Shown here: positions 37,901 to 40,597 of the stretch, one piece after another | Layout: every line of letters begins with the position of its first letter | How positions within the stretch are numbered: the stretch's first letter is position 1 | Source of the DNA: Klebsormidium nitens | Lineage: Eukaryota; Plantae; Klebsormidiophyceae | DNA: 40,597 nucleotides | NCBI GenBank assembly: GCA_000708835.1 | Contig: DF237670.1 | Coordinates: forward strand, 1 to 40,597 | Direction of reading: 5' to 3' | Made by a program: the position numbers and the translations under genes | The notes under the pieces: generated by a model | What the model was told of the DNA's origin: nothing | The model's input: only the letters and a program-made list of their open reading frames with translations | Databases searched by the model: none

Positions 37901-39039
37901 AAGAGAAGCTGACAAGGGCATATGCATGTAACGATACACGGTCCCACCTTCAAGCAACTTCCAATGGGCGCCAGATCCATGACACCAGACGCACGACATC
38001 CTCACAAATGAGAGCTCACCAGACAAACAATGCTACATTCGAAAGATCAATTTGGCTCAGGAAGGGAGGCTTTTTCTTGTATTGTCCCAGCTAACAGCTC
38101 TGTTCCTTCAGACTGCCCGGAAGATTTCGAGCAGCAGAAGACGAGACTTCAAAAGCAGCAAAGACTGCACAATCCAAGCTCTCAACCTGCTCAGCTTACG
38201 TCCTTAGCGTCGGTGCCTGACTGGATCTCCCGAACGACTGCGAGCACCAGGTTTTGGACGGTCGCATATTCGCAGCCAGTTTCTTTGGGAGGGTCCGCAA
38301 TGCACGTTGACTGGGCTTGGGCGCCAATCTGCATTTGGAAAGGAGTTTCAAAGTGGTCAATAGCGGGTCTGATTGGCTAATGCTGCTTCTCTTGTTCTTG
38401 GCATTGTCTTTGATTTCTCAGTGCTTCTGCAGGAATTCTGCGGGCCGGTCCTAAAAGGTTGATGACAGGTGGGGAACAACATAAGCAGCAGCTGCCGGCA
38501 GTGGCGTATCAGTTTTGGAGTCTTTGGACTTTGAATCGCAAATTCAAGACTCACTCAACATGCTTCAGTCATGCCGTTTACTTTGAAGCCGACAGGGCCA
38601 GAATGTGTGAGGACTGCGCAGAAGAATTGGAAAGAGGATTCACATGCCAAAACCAGCTAGCAGAGATAGTTGCAGAGTGGAAGAATTTTGAGAAGCTTCT
38701 TAGATTGAACACACTGTCAAACTTTTCAGTGGGCCGCCAGAGGAGCTCTGCAAGCTGGAAGAAAATCCCATCGTCAATGCAATGGGGCTAATCGCCCAGC
38801 AAGAAACGGAGTATGTGTTTAAATTCTACGCTTATACACTTTAGCAATGTCAAAGCAGCATTGCACGGGCAAGCAGCATTGAATGAGAGACAGAGAGAAG
38901 CAAAGTCAGCAACCAATTTGCACTGGCACAGGAGACATATTGAAGCAGCAGACCCTATTTTGCCGTAGCTCACCAGCACGCATGCGGCCAGTGCCGCGAC
39001 AAGTAAAAGAGCCCAGGCAGGACGGCAAAGCGGCGCCAT
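34950..39039 (-). CDS. Secreted protein of two tandem Cache-like (sCache_2-type) domains, 311 aa, no output domain
   Basis: Exons 39039-38974, 38328-38200, 37399-37100, 36311-36045, 35123-34950; all phase 0 and GT-AG (936 nt). Signal peptide MAPLCRPAWALLLVAALAACVLIGAQA. Repeat 1: VYAEIN...FYPFV...RVAH...AGGG...YLF...LKKAYV...VASGY. Repeat 2: FYVVVRD...VAHG...GK...W-x-SY...KY-x-W...VLVGY. The gene model is strong; the Cache assignment is by motif recognition only. Confidence 0.75.
35191..35367. mobile_element. MITE-like element (~175 bp) in the last intron of the Cache-like gene
   Basis: Left arm CTCAAGAAAGATAATAAGCCGAGATGA is the inverted repeat of the right arm TCATCTCTGGCTTATTATCATCTTTCTTGAG. 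Core GGTGGTTAGGGTGGGTGTGGGTGCGGAGC. Same family as 16172-16344. Confidence 0.7.
35641..36100 (-). repeat. Four tandem copies of the Cache-gene exon 4 3' end plus donor (~114-124 bp period)
   Basis: True donor at 36044 (CCTGAG|GTGAGTTCC). Copies at ~35930 (donor mutated), 35806 (CCCCAG|GTAAGTTCC, preceded by a near-intact AH(G/R)ADFSKA(G/A)KTP codon string) and 35688 (CTCCAG|GTAATTTCC). Confidence 0.85.
36255..36570 (-). repeat. Tandem duplication of the acceptor plus Cache-gene exon 4 5' end
   Basis: TTCTGCAG|GGCTATACGGAGATCGC occurs at 36311 (true) and 36453 (copy). The intronic block TTGGATGGGC-x-CCACGTGGCC is also duplicated (36341-36388 and 36521-36567). Confidence 0.88.
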
Positions 39040-39122
39040 CGTGAAATCTCAGTACGTTATTAGGAATCAGGGATCCTTCTCTCTCCGGAGAAGCGCAGCC
39101 AGACCGATCGACGCTGAATGGT

Positions 39123-39200
39123 GTACGTACTGGGGGGGTACCGTATGGCAAACTGTACAGTGTACGGTACATACTAAGTACAGTGTACACTGCAGTGTAC
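39123..39200. promoter_or_regulatory. GTAC cluster (putative SBP-domain / copper-response element array) upstream of the Cache-like gene
   Basis: Nine GTAC in 78 bp (39123, 39127, 39138, 39155, 39162, 39167, 39178, 39185, 39197), 84-161 bp upstream of the ATG at 39039, plus a tenth at 39052. Includes two TGTACGG, the reverse complement of the SBP site CCGTACA. Confidence 0.7.
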
Positions 39201-40597
39201 GGGGGGGGCAGCTGGCGGCGATCGGCCCGGCAGCCGCCATGTTGTTCGCCAATCATTGAATTAATTGGGCCCCGGCGGGCGGCGGCCGCCGGCCGCGCCC
39301 TTGGCCGCCCGGCCGCAAGCAGGCCGCGCCCGCTTCAGGCCCGCGGGGGCCGCAGCGCTCCGCTCTGCCGCTCGCAGCCCGTTTGATTCCAGAGGAGTGC
39401 AGGGATACGCTTGAGTCGTGAAGGTTATGATCAGTCAGGTTTAAACACTTCAGAAACGTTAAATACCGGTTTGTATCCGGATTTTATCCTCTGCATGTTG
39501 CAATATGCCGTCGCTTGAGTCTCACTGCACTTTTGATTTCCGGCGGCTCAATCATACTGACAGCTGAAATAAGTCGTTTACCAAACGGGCCCCCGCAAAA
39601 AGGCACCAGGACCTATTGAGCCCGGTATCGCGTTTAGCAGAGCGGGTTGCGCGCGTTGTTGCTTTGCTGTCGGTTGCAGAGTCGATCCTCAGAGCCAAGA
39701 ACGCAAACGTCTGTCTCAAGGAACGGCCAGCCGCGGGACTCTGGATTGAAGATCACATTCATGTTTACAAATGAAGATCGGTGCACTCAGGGGCTGTCCA
39801 AGTATTGACGAGATTGTGCGGGCCGCGGAACCCCGTGTTGAACTGCCGATGAGCCTGACGGTGCGACAGAAACGTGAGATTTTTTGGCAACAACACACGA
39901 GACGAGGCAGCAAAGATACCATGGTGGGTCGACTTTCTAAAACTCAGAGGACACTCTGTAGCGCCCACGTAGCGGCGCTTTCTTGATGTAACGAAGTGAA
40001 ATTCAATATGTCTTGCACGATCAGAATGAGGCTTTGCCTCTCACACGATAAGGGCAGTACAGCAAACCAGTACTGGTCACGTCTACGAAGTATACCAGAA
40101 CGAGTTTCAGGTAACTGGAAAATTGACCCGGCTGTTCCCGTGTTCCGGGGCTGCTTGACGCCCAAATCTGATCATAAGTTGGACATATAACCACTCTCTA
40201 ACCAGCCCATAACCAGCGCATATAACCATCCATTATGACTAAGGGCCAAAAACTCCGGTGTATCTCCATGCGCAAGCTCGTCCCGGGCTTGCGGGATTCG
40301 TGGGGTATCGTACCCTCTCCTCACTTCAGACCGATTCGTGATGTGATTGGGTCATAAAACTGTATACTCGTAGTTCAAGAGGGAGACGGAGATAGAGGGC
40401 AACCTGCAGGTGTAAAGACGTGAAGCGCATACCAGCTCTTTCAGTAAGGCCAAAGGCTAACCGTCCCAGAACGAGACGACCCCGCAAATTATACAGAGGA
40501 ACCTCAAAGGCGATACTATTGACGAGCAACGAGAATGGAGTCGGGGGAGAAGCATTTGCGCGTTCTCATGAACACTTTCGTGAGCCCTCATCAGCCG

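Noticed and set aside
40270-40320. Two adjacent GC hairpins (CGCAAGCTCG/CGGGCTTGCG and GGGTA/TACCC)
   Set aside because: No CTRR end, U-tract or second copy in the window to give them meaning.

Overview
Intron-rich eukaryotic genomic DNA. Splice signals, intron sizes and protein similarity suggest a green-lineage alga, perhaps a streptophyte; this is inference. I reconstructed four complete spliced genes by hand, each with GT-AG introns and consistent reading-frame phase: (1) a secreted Pmp-like beta-helix plus EGF glycoprotein (+, 6399-13820, 12 exons); (2) alpha-glucosidase I GCS1/MOGS (-, 15206-27017, 18 exons); (3) the GNAT acetyltransferase NAT9 (+, 28828-32654, 7 exons); (4) a secreted protein made only of two tandem Cache-like sensor domains (-, 34950-39039, 5 exons). 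The first ~5.8 kb is a mosaic: a broken DIRS-type tyrosine-recombinase retrotransposon (RT, RNase H, adenine methyltransferase-like domain, YR), a 1.5 kb pseudogenised copy of GCS1 exons 2-3, an orphan exon and a tRNA-like element. Most notable are a dense GTAC (SBP/CRR1/SPL7-type) array directly upstream of the Cache-only gene, tandem 'echo' copies of exon-intron junctions on both sides of single exons in two unrelated genes, and a MITE-like family with a shared G-rich TTAGGG core. All domain calls rest on recognising motifs by eye; no database searches were run.
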